Shown one piece after another: positions 55,514 to 64,000 of a stretch of 64,000 nucleotides of DNA. The DNA comes from a bacterium (lineage in GTDB: Bacteria > UBA8248). The stretch spans positions 192,001-256,000 of the forward strand of contig CBDATS010000004.1 in assembly GCA_965200245.1 (NCBI GenBank). The letters are read 5' to 3'. Below the pieces are notes generated by a model, which searched no databases, was not told the origin of the DNA, and saw only the letters and a program-made list of their open reading frames with translations. Each line of letters starts with the position of its first letter. Within the stretch, counting starts at the first letter, position 1. The position numbers were made by a program, and so were the translations under genes.

Positions 55514-56128
55514 TCATTCAGAAGCAGCTGATTTTTCGGGAAAGGCGTCCAGCGCCTTGGAAACGGCCGCCTTCATCTCGTCTCCGTGTGCAAGCGCCGT
55601 CGTCGCGCGGACTTGCGATTCCCACAAGGTATCCTCAGAGTTCAGGTCGAGAAAGTGTATCTCGACCCGCGCGGCGCAAACTTCTACGTCCTCGCAGGAG
55701 CGCTCGCCCGCCGCTATCGCTACCGCCTGTGCGCCGGTATCCCTGAGCGCCGAAAGATGGGCCTCAGCGATTTTTCCTTCTTTGTTCAGCAAATCGTCCG
55801 TTTTCTTTTTTTCGAGTTCCCTGGGCCAGCGGACGACCTGATAGCCCTTTGCAATCAAGACGTCCCGAATCAGGAAGGCGCCCTCAATCAGTTCGATCCT
55901 CCTGCCCTTCGGCGCTTCTATACCCGCCTTCTTGTAGACGTCGCGGAAAAGCCCCGTCCAATCGCTCGGATATTGGAACGGGGCGACAGTGAGGCGCGCA
56001 AGCGCTTGTATCTTCACAGGTCGTGCGATGACCTGCCTCACGGACAACTCATAGGCGCACCCCGCCATAAGGAGAAGCGACAGCACCGCAGGCAAAAGCG
56101 GAAGCCTCGACGCGAAGCTCTTCATCAT
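55514..56128 (-). CDS. Hypothetical lipoprotein
   Basis: MMKSFASR followed by a hydrophobic stretch and lipobox LMAGC; ATGA overlap with the upstream gene. Confidence 0.75.
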   Translation of the reverse strand: MMKSFASRLPLLPAVLSLLLMAGCAYELSVRQVIARPVKIQALARLTVAPFQYPSDWTGLFRDVYKKAGIEAPKGRRIELIEGAFLIRDVLIAKGYQVVRWPRELEKKKTDDLLNKEGKIAEAHLSALRDTGAQAVAIAAGERSCEDVEVCAARVEIHFLDLNSEDTLWESQVRATTALAHGDEMKAAVSKALDAFPEKSAASE

Positions 56129-56838
56129 CGGTCGCTCCATGCGATTCGCTCCACCCAGTCGAGGAGCAACGCATATACGTCCCAACTCTCGCTCCAGATG
56201 GAGGAGGCGTATGAGACCGCCATCCCCCAGCCTCCCACAGAGACCAACGTCGCACCGCCGATACAAACGAGGTCCAAAAAGAAGATGAAGACCCAGGAGA
56301 AAACGCGGCCTCCGCGCGCAAGATCGGGTTGCGATGCGCCCAACGCCCGCAACGTCATGAGTACATGCAGGCAAAGCGTGAAGCCGGAAAGAAACGCTAC
56401 AGCCTGCGGAATCCATCCGTATGCCAGAGCCCAATTGAGCAGCGCGCCCAAGAGCAGGACGACGACCGTCAGCAGCGGGAAAAAGTAGGGCGCCAGTGTA
56501 ATCAAGGGGTTCGTGCCGCTCAGACCCACCTTACCGCTGCCGCGTCCTACCTCGAACGAACTCACCTTCTTCCCCGTGAGCAGGGCAAAAGCCAATTGCG
56601 TGAATTCGCGCACGAAGGCGTAGAGAAATTCAGGGGGCTTCAGCCTGTGCCAGACAGAGTAGGCAGCCACGCCTGCCAGGAAGACCCAACCTTCGGTCGC
56701 GGGCAGATACGAACCTGTGCCACTCGCGAAAAAGGCAGCCGGGAGGTGCGTCCCGAACGCGAGCATCGCCCCCCAGCAGGAGGGCAACAGGAGTACAGTG
56801 ACCATCCAGGCCAGGAGTCTCAACAGAAAGGACTTCAT
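56125..56838 (-). CDS. Membrane protein of M50-like (zincin) peptidase type, HExxH motif degenerate
   Basis: Multi-TM; REFTQ..ALLTG.KV..F.V....G.V....N.LI.LAPYFFP. Confidence 0.65.
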   Translation of the reverse strand: MKSFLLRLLAWMVTVLLLPSCWGAMLAFGTHLPAAFFASGTGSYLPATEGWVFLAGVAAYSVWHRLKPPEFLYAFVREFTQLAFALLTGKKVSSFEVGRGSGKVGLSGTNPLITLAPYFFPLLTVVVLLLGALLNWALAYGWIPQAVAFLSGFTLCLHVLMTLRALGASQPDLARGGRVFSWVFIFFLDLVCIGGATLVSVGGWGMAVSYASSIWSESWDVYALLLDWVERIAWSDR

Positions 56839-56961
56839 TCACTCACTCGTTCAGTTCCTCGGGCGAAGAGGCGAACGTAGGGCAAGAATGGCTTATATGC
56901 CGCTTCCCGGCAAGGCGAGAACCCGCAAACCCGATCTCGTCGGCATATTGCCAAAAAAATC

Positions 56962-56991
56962 TTGACACATTATATTTAACTACATGGTTAA
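56962..56991 (+). promoter_or_regulatory. Promoter with overlapping ArsR-type palindromic operator
   Basis: TTGACA at 56962; palindrome TTAAC-tacatg-GTTAA at 56976-56991. Confidence 0.65.
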
Positions 56992-57033
56992 TAATCAAGC
57001 CTTTTCATGAACTACTCAATACAGGAGCTTCCC

Positions 57034-57552
57034 ATGAACGGCGCGAAAATGATTGCCTACACCTTCGAAATGAGCGACGGACTCGTCCGGCGAGCGTTGA
57101 AGGGCCTTGATGATGCGGACCTCCTGAAACGGCCCAGCGACCAGGACAACCCCATCGGCTGGTTGATGTGGCACAAAACGAGAGTCGAGGATTGTGCCTT
57201 TGCAGCCGTCGCCGGAAAGGAGCAGGTCTGGATCGCCGGGAAATGGCACGAGAAATTCGAGATGGACGCAGACCCGAAACAAATCGGCTTTGGAGACTCG
57301 CTCGAACAGGTCATGAACCTCAAATTCACGAAACAAGATGTTATCGATTACGCCAACGCCACCCGGGCACGCACGCTTTCCACTCTGGAATCAATTTCGG
57401 TGGAGGACCTCGAAAAGGAGATTACCGACATCGGAGGCAACGCGATCAAGATCGGAGACTATCTGGGCAGGGTTGCCGTCGACTATCACCACCATTGCGG
57501 ACAGATTTGCTATCTCAGGGGATTTATTACCGGATTCGGTTGGGCGTTTTAG
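57034..57552 (+). CDS. DinB/YfiT-like metal-dependent protein
   Basis: NPIGWLMWH..ED and HHHCGQI.YLR; AGGAG RBS before 57034. Confidence 0.85.
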   Translation: MNGAKMIAYTFEMSDGLVRRALKGLDDADLLKRPSDQDNPIGWLMWHKTRVEDCAFAAVAGKEQVWIAGKWHEKFEMDADPKQIGFGDSLEQVMNLKFTKQDVIDYANATRARTLSTLESISVEDLEKEITDIGGNAIKIGDYLGRVAVDYHHHCGQICYLRGFITGFGWAF

Positions 57553-57618
57553 TTCCAACCCGATCGATGGGCGACCGAGGAGGTCAATCACAACCGAGGA
57601 AGGAAGGTTCCCCGACAC

Positions 57619-57954
57619 GTGAAAACAGAAGCAGGTCTCGACGCCACTTTCTCCGCGCTTTCTGACCCCACGAGGCGGGCCATACTATCACGGCTCTTCC
57701 GGGGGGAAGCCACCGTGACCAGTATTGCTGCACCATTTGATATTTCCTTGCCGGCGATCTCCAAACACCTGCGCGTCCTTGAGCGCGCCGGCTTGGTTCA
57801 CAGGGAAAAAAGGGGCCGCATCCATCACCTGCGCCTTGAGGTCGAACCGATGCGCAAGGCGTCGGAATGGCTGGATTTCCACCAGCGATTCTGGGAAGGG
57901 GGATTCGATACCCTCGCCCGCTACCTCGAAGAAAAAACAGACATGGAGAATTGA
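57619..57954 (+). CDS. ArsR/SmtB-family regulator
   Basis: FSALSDPTRRAIL, SLPAISKHLRVLERAGLV. Confidence 0.93.
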   Translation: MKTEAGLDATFSALSDPTRRAILSRLFRGEATVTSIAAPFDISLPAISKHLRVLERAGLVHREKRGRIHHLRLEVEPMRKASEWLDFHQRFWEGGFDTLARYLEEKTDMEN

Positions 57955-57957
57955 AGA

Positions 57958-58401
57958 ATGCCCGAGACGAACAGTACCCTTGTCATCAAGCGAACCTTCC
58001 ATGCACCACGGGAGAGAGTCTTCGCTTCGTGGACGAGGGCCGAGGAACTCAAGGGTTGGTGGGGAACGGAGGGCCACACCGTGCCCAACGCCGAGATGGA
58101 TTTCAGGGAAGGAGGAAAATTCCGCGTCGAGATGCAGACCGATGAGGGGGAGTCTTTTTATCTAAACGGCGCGTTTTTGGAAATCAATCCGCCTGAACGG
58201 CTCGTCTTCACATTCCGGTGGGAGCGGGGGGAGTGGAACTATCCCGAAACCCGGGTGAGTGTTGACTTTCTGGACAAGGGCGACGAGACCGCCATCCTCC
58301 TCACCCACGAGGGATTCCCGGACAAGAACATGCGAGACGAACACCAAGAGGGCTGGGGCGAGTGCCTCGATAACCTGCACACGAATCTGGGAGGGAGATA
58401 G
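57958..58401 (+). CDS. SRPBCC/AHSA1-domain ligand-binding protein
   Basis: RTFHAPRERVFASWT..WW, PPERLVFT, GWGECLD. Confidence 0.92.
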   Translation: MPETNSTLVIKRTFHAPRERVFASWTRAEELKGWWGTEGHTVPNAEMDFREGGKFRVEMQTDEGESFYLNGAFLEINPPERLVFTFRWERGEWNYPETRVSVDFLDKGDETAILLTHEGFPDKNMRDEHQEGWGECLDNLHTNLGGR

Positions 58402-58554
58402 GAAACCTCGAAGGATTGTGATTATGCTGCCCTGCTCTCTTTTGCTCCCGGAAAAATCAATGTAGGATACGCACTCTCTATTTCGATCTCAAAGTATCCG
58501 GCATCCATACCGACTGCGTACGCGGTGAGCAGGATGCGCACGAACTCCTCCTGG

Positions 58555-59946
58555 ATGGAGCAACTCACTTTGGAAGCGCGCGTACTTTCTCCTTGCGGTG
58601 TTATCGGATCGGGTTTCCCCGAAAGTTCCTTCGAGCGCGGATTGTCCATGATGCCTCACGTTATCGCCTGCGACGGCGGATCGACGGACAATGGACCGGC
58701 CTTTCTTGGCGCCGGAAAACCGAATTTCTCCCGCTCGGCGACCAAACGCGATCTCAAGCTCATGCTGAAAGGGCGCGAAAGACTGGGCGTTCCAGTTATC
58801 GTGGGCTCGTGCGGCACGGCGGGTGGAGACGCAGGTCTCGAGTGGATGCGCGACATTTGTCTCGAGATCGCCCGCGAGGAGGGCCTGAGCTTCAACCTCT
58901 CTCTGGTTCGCAGCGAACAGGATAAAGAATATCTAAAGAAAAGATACGAAGAGGGCCGCATTCAGGCGCTCGATCCGGCTCCTCCGATCGATGAGGAAAT
59001 AATCGACAACAGCGCGCACATCGTGGGTATGATGGGAGACGAGCCCATCGCCCGGGCGCTCGACGAGGGAGCGGACGTCGTACTGACGGGCAGGGCTTCT
59101 GACACTTCTGTCTTCGCCTGCCACCCCGTGCGAATGGGTGTGGACAGGGGCCTCGCCTGGCACGCTGCGAAGATACTCGAATGCGGCGCAGCCTGCGCGG
59201 TGCATCGCGCCCGGCCAGACGGCTGTTTCGCCTGGATTCGCGACAACCATTTCGTGGTCGAGCCGCTCAATCCACAGATGTACTGCACCCCGCAGAGCGT
59301 GGCCTCGCACACCCTATATGAAAACACAGACCCATTCTATATCACCGAGCCGGCGGGTGTTCTCGACACAAGTTGCTCGGCATACTCGGCCGAGAGCGAG
59401 CGCGCCGTGCGCGTGGTGGGTTCCGAGTTCCACACGGCCGAGCGTTATTCCATCAAGCTCGAAGGGGCGGAACTCGTTGGCTACCAGTCAGTGATCATCG
59501 GTGGGGTGCGCGATCCCATGATTCTCAAACAACTCGATTCCTGGCTCGAGGGCATCCGGGAAGGCTTCGCGGTGCGTGTTCAGGAAATTTTTCCCGACCG
59601 CGGTTCTGCGCCCGCCTACCATCTCACCATCCGCGTGTTCGGGCGCGACGCCGTGATGGGGACGCTCGAACCCGAAACAAGCTGTCTTCCCCACGAGGTG
59701 GGCGTGCTCTTCGAGGTGACGTCCGAGGATCAGGTATCCGCCAACACGATGGCGTCCACGTTAGCCCACTTTGCGCTTCACTACCCCATCCCCGAGTGGA
59801 GTGGTCTCATTTCGACGCTGGCGTTCCCTTTCACGCCTGCAGAAATCGAGAAAGGCCCCGTCTACCGCTTCAATCTGAACCACGTTGTTTATCCCGACGA
59901 CCCCTATGAAATGTTTTCCACCGAGATGATGGAGGTGGCGAACTGA
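58555..59946 (+). CDS. AtuA-like (DUF1446) protein
   Basis: IACDGGSTD.GP..LG.G, GRASD, WHAAKILECGA, AHTLYEN-like motif (SHTLYEN); start 58555 or TTG 58570. Confidence 0.82.
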   Translation: MEQLTLEARVLSPCGVIGSGFPESSFERGLSMMPHVIACDGGSTDNGPAFLGAGKPNFSRSATKRDLKLMLKGRERLGVPVIVGSCGTAGGDAGLEWMRDICLEIAREEGLSFNLSLVRSEQDKEYLKKRYEEGRIQALDPAPPIDEEIIDNSAHIVGMMGDEPIARALDEGADVVLTGRASDTSVFACHPVRMGVDRGLAWHAAKILECGAACAVHRARPDGCFAWIRDNHFVVEPLNPQMYCTPQSVASHTLYENTDPFYITEPAGVLDTSCSAYSAESERAVRVVGSEFHTAERYSIKLEGAELVGYQSVIIGGVRDPMILKQLDSWLEGIREGFAVRVQEIFPDRGSAPAYHLTIRVFGRDAVMGTLEPETSCLPHEVGVLFEVTSEDQVSANTMASTLAHFALHYPIPEWSGLISTLAFPFTPAEIEKGPVYRFNLNHVVYPDDPYEMFSTEMMEVAN

Positions 59947-60260
59947 TGGCCACACTCGGCGAACTCGCAAAGCTCATCCGTTCGAAGAACGCAGGGCCCT
60001 TCAACCTCACGTTCGACGTCATGTTCGATGAGGAAAAAACCTATCGACACGTGGTGGAATCGAACGTCCTTACCAAGGAGGTATTCTGCCGCCTCTACAA
60101 TCTCGCGGAGGACAGGGTGCTGCTCGTTCATCACGACGCCGCGCGCGCGATCAAGGTATCAATCCCCCGTCACGTGTTTTCCTGCGACCTTGAAGACGGC
60201 GACTGCTACGGCGGACAGCAGTTCGGCCTCCTCGTGGGTATCGAAGTCCCGGATCCGTAA
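59946..60260 (+). CDS. DUF4387-like small protein
   Basis: IRSKNAGPF.LTFD and D.YGGQQ; TGATG coupling to the upstream gene. Confidence 0.82.
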   Translation: MATLGELAKLIRSKNAGPFNLTFDVMFDEEKTYRHVVESNVLTKEVFCRLYNLAEDRVLLVHHDAARAIKVSIPRHVFSCDLEDGDCYGGQQFGLLVGIEVPDP

Positions 60261-60281
60261 GAAAAAACTGGAGAAAAGAAA

Positions 60282-60890
60282 ATGGCTGTTCACACGACTG
60301 CAGACGAAATACGAGCGCTTTTTCCGGAACTGGTGCAAATCGAAGACCCCGCATTGCGCGACGGGGTGGTCGACATCTGGCTCGATCTGGCCGCAGAGAC
60401 CGACTGGGACCGTTTCGAGGACATTCCGAAAAACCTGAAAAATGAAAAACACATGACACTCATCGGCCACGTTCAGGGCGTGACGAGCATAGCTGTCACC
60501 ATGGCCGATCTTGTCAAGAAACTCCACGGGATAGAGGTTGACCGCGACCTGCTCATCGCCTCGTGCGTTTTGCACGACATCTCGAAACCGCTCGAATCCG
60601 CGCCAAACCCCGGGGGACCTCCCACGGGAAGCGATGTGCCGCCAGGGAAAACCACCGAGTTCGGCGAGAAAATTCAGCATGGGGTCTACGGGGCACACAA
60701 GATATGGGAGAAAGGATTGCCCAAAGCGCTCGAACTGGCACATCTCGTCATTACCCACACGCGCGCGAGCAATACGCGCTCCCAAAGCTACGAGGCCGCA
60801 CTTCTTTTCTACGCAGACTGGGTGGATTCGGACGCGGGTATCGTCTTGGGTGGAGGGACACCCCTCGCCTCGAAATGGGTGGAGGAGTAG
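60282..60890 (+). CDS. HD-domain phosphohydrolase
   Basis: H..(LIGH), LHDISK, QHG, THT and YAD metal ligands. Confidence 0.85.
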   Translation: MAVHTTADEIRALFPELVQIEDPALRDGVVDIWLDLAAETDWDRFEDIPKNLKNEKHMTLIGHVQGVTSIAVTMADLVKKLHGIEVDRDLLIASCVLHDISKPLESAPNPGGPPTGSDVPPGKTTEFGEKIQHGVYGAHKIWEKGLPKALELAHLVITHTRASNTRSQSYEAALLFYADWVDSDAGIVLGGGTPLASKWVEE

Positions 60891-60923
60891 ATACGACCGC
60901 TGAGGTGTCTCCCGGAATCCCTG

Positions 60924-61826
60924 TCATTTTCCCCACACAATCGCGAACGCGCCGATTACGGACAGGGCACCGCCTATCACGATGCGCATCGTGATCTTCT
61001 CCAGTCTTTTCAGGAACAACCACGAGAAGACGATAACCCACAAAACAGAGAGGCGGTTGATAGGTATCACCTGCACCACTTCTCCCCTCCTGAAGGCCGC
61101 CCAGAGGCAAAGGGCGGCCGTCGTATTCGCGGCCACCCCGCACGCAATCGTCACGAGTCCCCTGGGACTCCAGTTCTTCGCCCCTTTTTCTTCTTTCGTG
61201 AACGGCATCGCGGCAAGGAGCAATGCCGTCGCCGTAATGGTGGATATCGCGATTCCCAAAGATTCGGAAGGCATGATGGCGAGAGCGTATTTTCTGAAGA
61301 CGAACGTCAGGGAAAACAGGAAGGAAGCCACGACCGGCACGAGAAAATAGATGAGAACGACATTCCGTGCTTCGGGCCCTTTTTTGCCGGATTCGCGTTC
61401 ATGGACCAGAAGAACGGCCCCGACCATGATGGCTATCGTGCCGACGGCCACGCCCGCGGTGAACTGCTCCCCCAATATGAAAACGCCCATGAACGCAGAC
61501 CAAACCAGGATAGACTGCACCATAATCTGCGTCCGGGCCAAGCCGATCAGCCGCATCGACCAAAAAATCATGTAGCGTCCAATAGAACTGCCGAATATTC
61601 CGATGAGCATGAACCAGATAAAGGCCTCCAGGTGCCATGCGACTCCTTCGTCCCACAAGAGATAGAGCGCGACAGCCAGCGTCGCAGTGAGGGCGTTCAT
61701 CGAAATGGCCGCAATCGCAGGCCCGATGTGGAGAAGCGCCTTCCGATAGAATACCTGGGAGATGGCGACAAAAAACGCCGCTATGAACGACAAGAGATTC
61801 GGGTGTAATGACTTGAGCAAGACCAC
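60924..61826 (-). CDS. EamA/DMT-family transporter
   Basis: ~10 TM helices, two repeats (ILGEQ, LFLKRLEKI). Confidence 0.87.
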   Translation of the reverse strand: MVLLKSLHPNLLSFIAAFFVAISQVFYRKALLHIGPAIAAISMNALTATLAVALYLLWDEGVAWHLEAFIWFMLIGIFGSSIGRYMIFWSMRLIGLARTQIMVQSILVWSAFMGVFILGEQFTAGVAVGTIAIMVGAVLLVHERESGKKGPEARNVVLIYFLVPVVASFLFSLTFVFRKYALAIMPSESLGIAISTITATALLLAAMPFTKEEKGAKNWSPRGLVTIACGVAANTTAALCLWAAFRRGEVVQVIPINRLSVLWVIVFSWLFLKRLEKITMRIVIGGALSVIGAFAIVWGK

Positions 61827-62046
61827 CCCATGAAGAAACGATTTGTTCGGCGATGCCAGATAATCCAGCCGCCAAAAAAGACATTATGCCCGTCTTCCAC
61901 TCATCTTGTTCGTGACACCCGAAAACCCATCTGCGGCCCTATCCGGCCAGCCTCGCACGGGGACAAAAGAAAGGACCCACTGGAAAGGACCCGACAATCA
62001 GAACGATTCCCGAAATGAGCACGCGGGAAAATTTTCCGATTTCACC

Positions 62047-63942
62047 TCAGGCGGGAGGATAACCCAAGCCGACGAGAGCCTCCTCGATTTCAGACAGGAT
62101 GGCCGGATCGTCGATAGTGGCCGGCACCCTGTATGCCTCTCCATCTGCGATGCTCGCCATCGTCCCCCGCAAAATCTTGCCCGAGCGCGTCTTGGGCAAG
62201 CGGTTCACCACCGTAGCCTGGCGGAATGAGGCGACTGCGCCGATCTTCTGGCGAACGAGCTGGACCACCTCGCCGACGATGTCTTCGTCGTTTCTATCAA
62301 CGCCCGCCTTGAGCACCAGGAAGCCGAGCGGAAGTTGGCCCTTGAGTTGATCCTTCACGCCGATAACAGCGCACTCAGCCACGTCGGGGTGGGCCGATAA
62401 CACCTCTTCCATCCCGCCCGTCGAGAGTCTGTGACCCGCCACATTGATAATGTCGTCCGTCCTCGACATCACGTAGACGTAGCCCTCCTCATCCATGTAA
62501 CCGGCATCGCCTGTCTTGTAGAAACCCGGGTATTCACTCAAATAGGAGTCGATGAAGCGCTCGTCCGCGTTCCACAGCGTGGGCAGGCACCCAGGCGGCA
62601 AGGGAAGCCTGACACACAGCGCGCCCATCTGTCCCGCTCCAAGCTCGCGGCATTCCGTGTCCAAAACCTTGAAATCGTAGCCGGGCACCGCTTTGGAGGG
62701 TGAGCCGTACTTGACTGGCATATGCTCGATTCCCATGGGATTCGCCAACATCGGCCAGCCGGTCTCCGTCTGCCAGTAGTGGTCGATAACGGGAACCTGC
62801 AGGTGCTGTTCCGCCCATTGGATCGTGTCCGGATCCGAGCGTTCGCCTGCCAGGAAAAGAATGCGGAACCTGTGGAGATCGTACTTTTTCATGAGTTCGG
62901 CGTCCGGGTCGTCTCGCTTGATAGCACGGAACGCCGTGGGCGCGGTGAAGAAAACCTCCACTCCATGCTCGGAAATGATGCGCCAGAAAACACCTGCATC
63001 GGGTGTCCCCACAGGCTTGCCCTCGAAAAGGATGGTGGTACAACCGTGAAGGAGCGGTGCGTACACAATATAGGAATGCCCCACAACCCAGCCGACATCG
63101 GAAGCGGCCCAGAATACCTGCCCCGGTGATACGTCGTACACGTTTTGCATTGACCATTTGAGAGCCACCATGTGACCGGCGTTGTCCCTCACCACTCCCT
63201 TGGGCTGGCCCGTCGTTCCCGAAGTGTAAAGAATATACAGTGGATCCGTGGCGGCAACGGGCACGCAGGCCGCTGGTGAAGCGTCACCAAGCGCATCGTT
63301 CCACTCGACGTCACGACCTTCGATGAGTTCCGCCTCGACCTGTGAGCGCTGGAGAATGATGCACTTTTCGGGTTTCACGCTGGATATGTTGATCGCCTCA
63401 TCAAGCAGTGGTTTGTAAGCGATGATGCCCGAGGGCTCGACCCCACAGGATGCGGAGATCATGAGCTTAGGTTTCGCATCCTCTATACGCGTGGCCAGTT
63501 CATTCGGCGCAAAGCCCCCGAAAACGACCGAATGCACCACACCGATGCGCGCGCAAGCCAGCATGGCGATGGCGGCTTCGGGCACCATCGGCATATAGAT
63601 GATGGCGCGGTCTCCCTTTTCCAACCCCTGGGCCTTGAGGGCACCTGCGAAATGCGCCACCAAATGCTGCAATTCCCTATAGGTTATCTTTTCTGTGGAA
63701 CCACCCGTGATGGGCGTGTCGTATATCAGGGCGAGTTGTTCCCCTCGCCCTTCTTCGACATGCCGGTCGACCGCGTTATAGCAGGTGTTGACCTCTCCTC
63801 CAGTAAACCAGCGATAAAAGGGCGGGTTCGAGTCATCAAGCACTTTCTCCCACTTCTTATACCAGTAGATTTCCTCCGCGGCTTCCGCCCAGAATGCTTC
63901 CGCCTCCGAGAGGGAACGGCCGTGAACCTCTGCATAGCCCAT
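62047..63942 (-). CDS. prpE: Propionyl-CoA synthetase
   Basis: LYTSGTTGQPKG, DHYWQTETG, LPKTRSGKILR, GKPVGTPDAG. Confidence 0.88.
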   Translation of the reverse strand: MGYAEVHGRSLSEAEAFWAEAAEEIYWYKKWEKVLDDSNPPFYRWFTGGEVNTCYNAVDRHVEEGRGEQLALIYDTPITGGSTEKITYRELQHLVAHFAGALKAQGLEKGDRAIIYMPMVPEAAIAMLACARIGVVHSVVFGGFAPNELATRIEDAKPKLMISASCGVEPSGIIAYKPLLDEAINISSVKPEKCIILQRSQVEAELIEGRDVEWNDALGDASPAACVPVAATDPLYILYTSGTTGQPKGVVRDNAGHMVALKWSMQNVYDVSPGQVFWAASDVGWVVGHSYIVYAPLLHGCTTILFEGKPVGTPDAGVFWRIISEHGVEVFFTAPTAFRAIKRDDPDAELMKKYDLHRFRILFLAGERSDPDTIQWAEQHLQVPVIDHYWQTETGWPMLANPMGIEHMPVKYGSPSKAVPGYDFKVLDTECRELGAGQMGALCVRLPLPPGCLPTLWNADERFIDSYLSEYPGFYKTGDAGYMDEEGYVYVMSRTDDIINVAGHRLSTGGMEEVLSAHPDVAECAVIGVKDQLKGQLPLGFLVLKAGVDRNDEDIVGEVVQLVRQKIGAVASFRQATVVNRLPKTRSGKILRGTMASIADGEAYRVPATIDDPAILSEIEEALVGLGYPPA

Positions 63943-64000
63943 ACTTATTCCTCCAAGCCGAAAATGCGTATCTCTTAGTGAATCATCATATTTGTCTGGA

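Noticed and set aside
55149-55841. Plus-strand 230-aa ORF spanning the candidate sRNA
   Set aside because: Crosses a terminator and promoter region and lies antisense to the lipoprotein gene; no protein-like features
57952-57960. arsR and SRPBCC are in frame, separated by TGA-AGA-ATG (possible read-through or Sec fusion)
   Set aside because: The TGA is at the natural ArsR C-terminus, not a Cys position; no clear SECIS; the downstream ATG has a GGAG RBS

Overview
GC-rich bacterial chromosome segment. Positions ~2.5-41.2 kb are a conserved minus-strand core cluster: yacL(PIN/TRAM)-ispD-ispF-cysS-rlmB, tRNA-Thr/Tyr/Gly/Thr, tuf, tRNA-Trp, secE-nusG-rplKAJL-rpoBC, rpsLG-fusA-tuf and the S10-spc-alpha ribosomal operons. 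rpmJ is present but missing from the ORF track, and rpmG is absent from its usual position. The flanks carry accessory metabolic genes: CoA-transferase, GntR, thioesterase, moaC, dcd, PpiC, Ca/Na antiporter, crotonase, PmtA-like methyltransferase, EamA and SSS transporters, an orphan xanthine-dehydrogenase-family Mo subunit, DinB-ArsR-SRPBCC, AtuA-like/DUF4387/HD and prpE. Two signals not visible in the ORF track stand out. (1) An OsmC/Ohr-like gene (47668-48144) is split by an in-frame TGA exactly at the catalytic Cys position and followed by a SECIS-like hairpin, so it is a probable selenoprotein. (2) An intergenic unit at ~55180-55470 (minus strand) has tandem enhancer-like sites, a consensus IHF site, a sigma54 -24/-12 promoter, a ~150-nt structured non-coding transcript and a strong intrinsic terminator, so it is a candidate novel sigma54-dependent sRNA. 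All family assignments come from motif recognition by eye; no searches were run.
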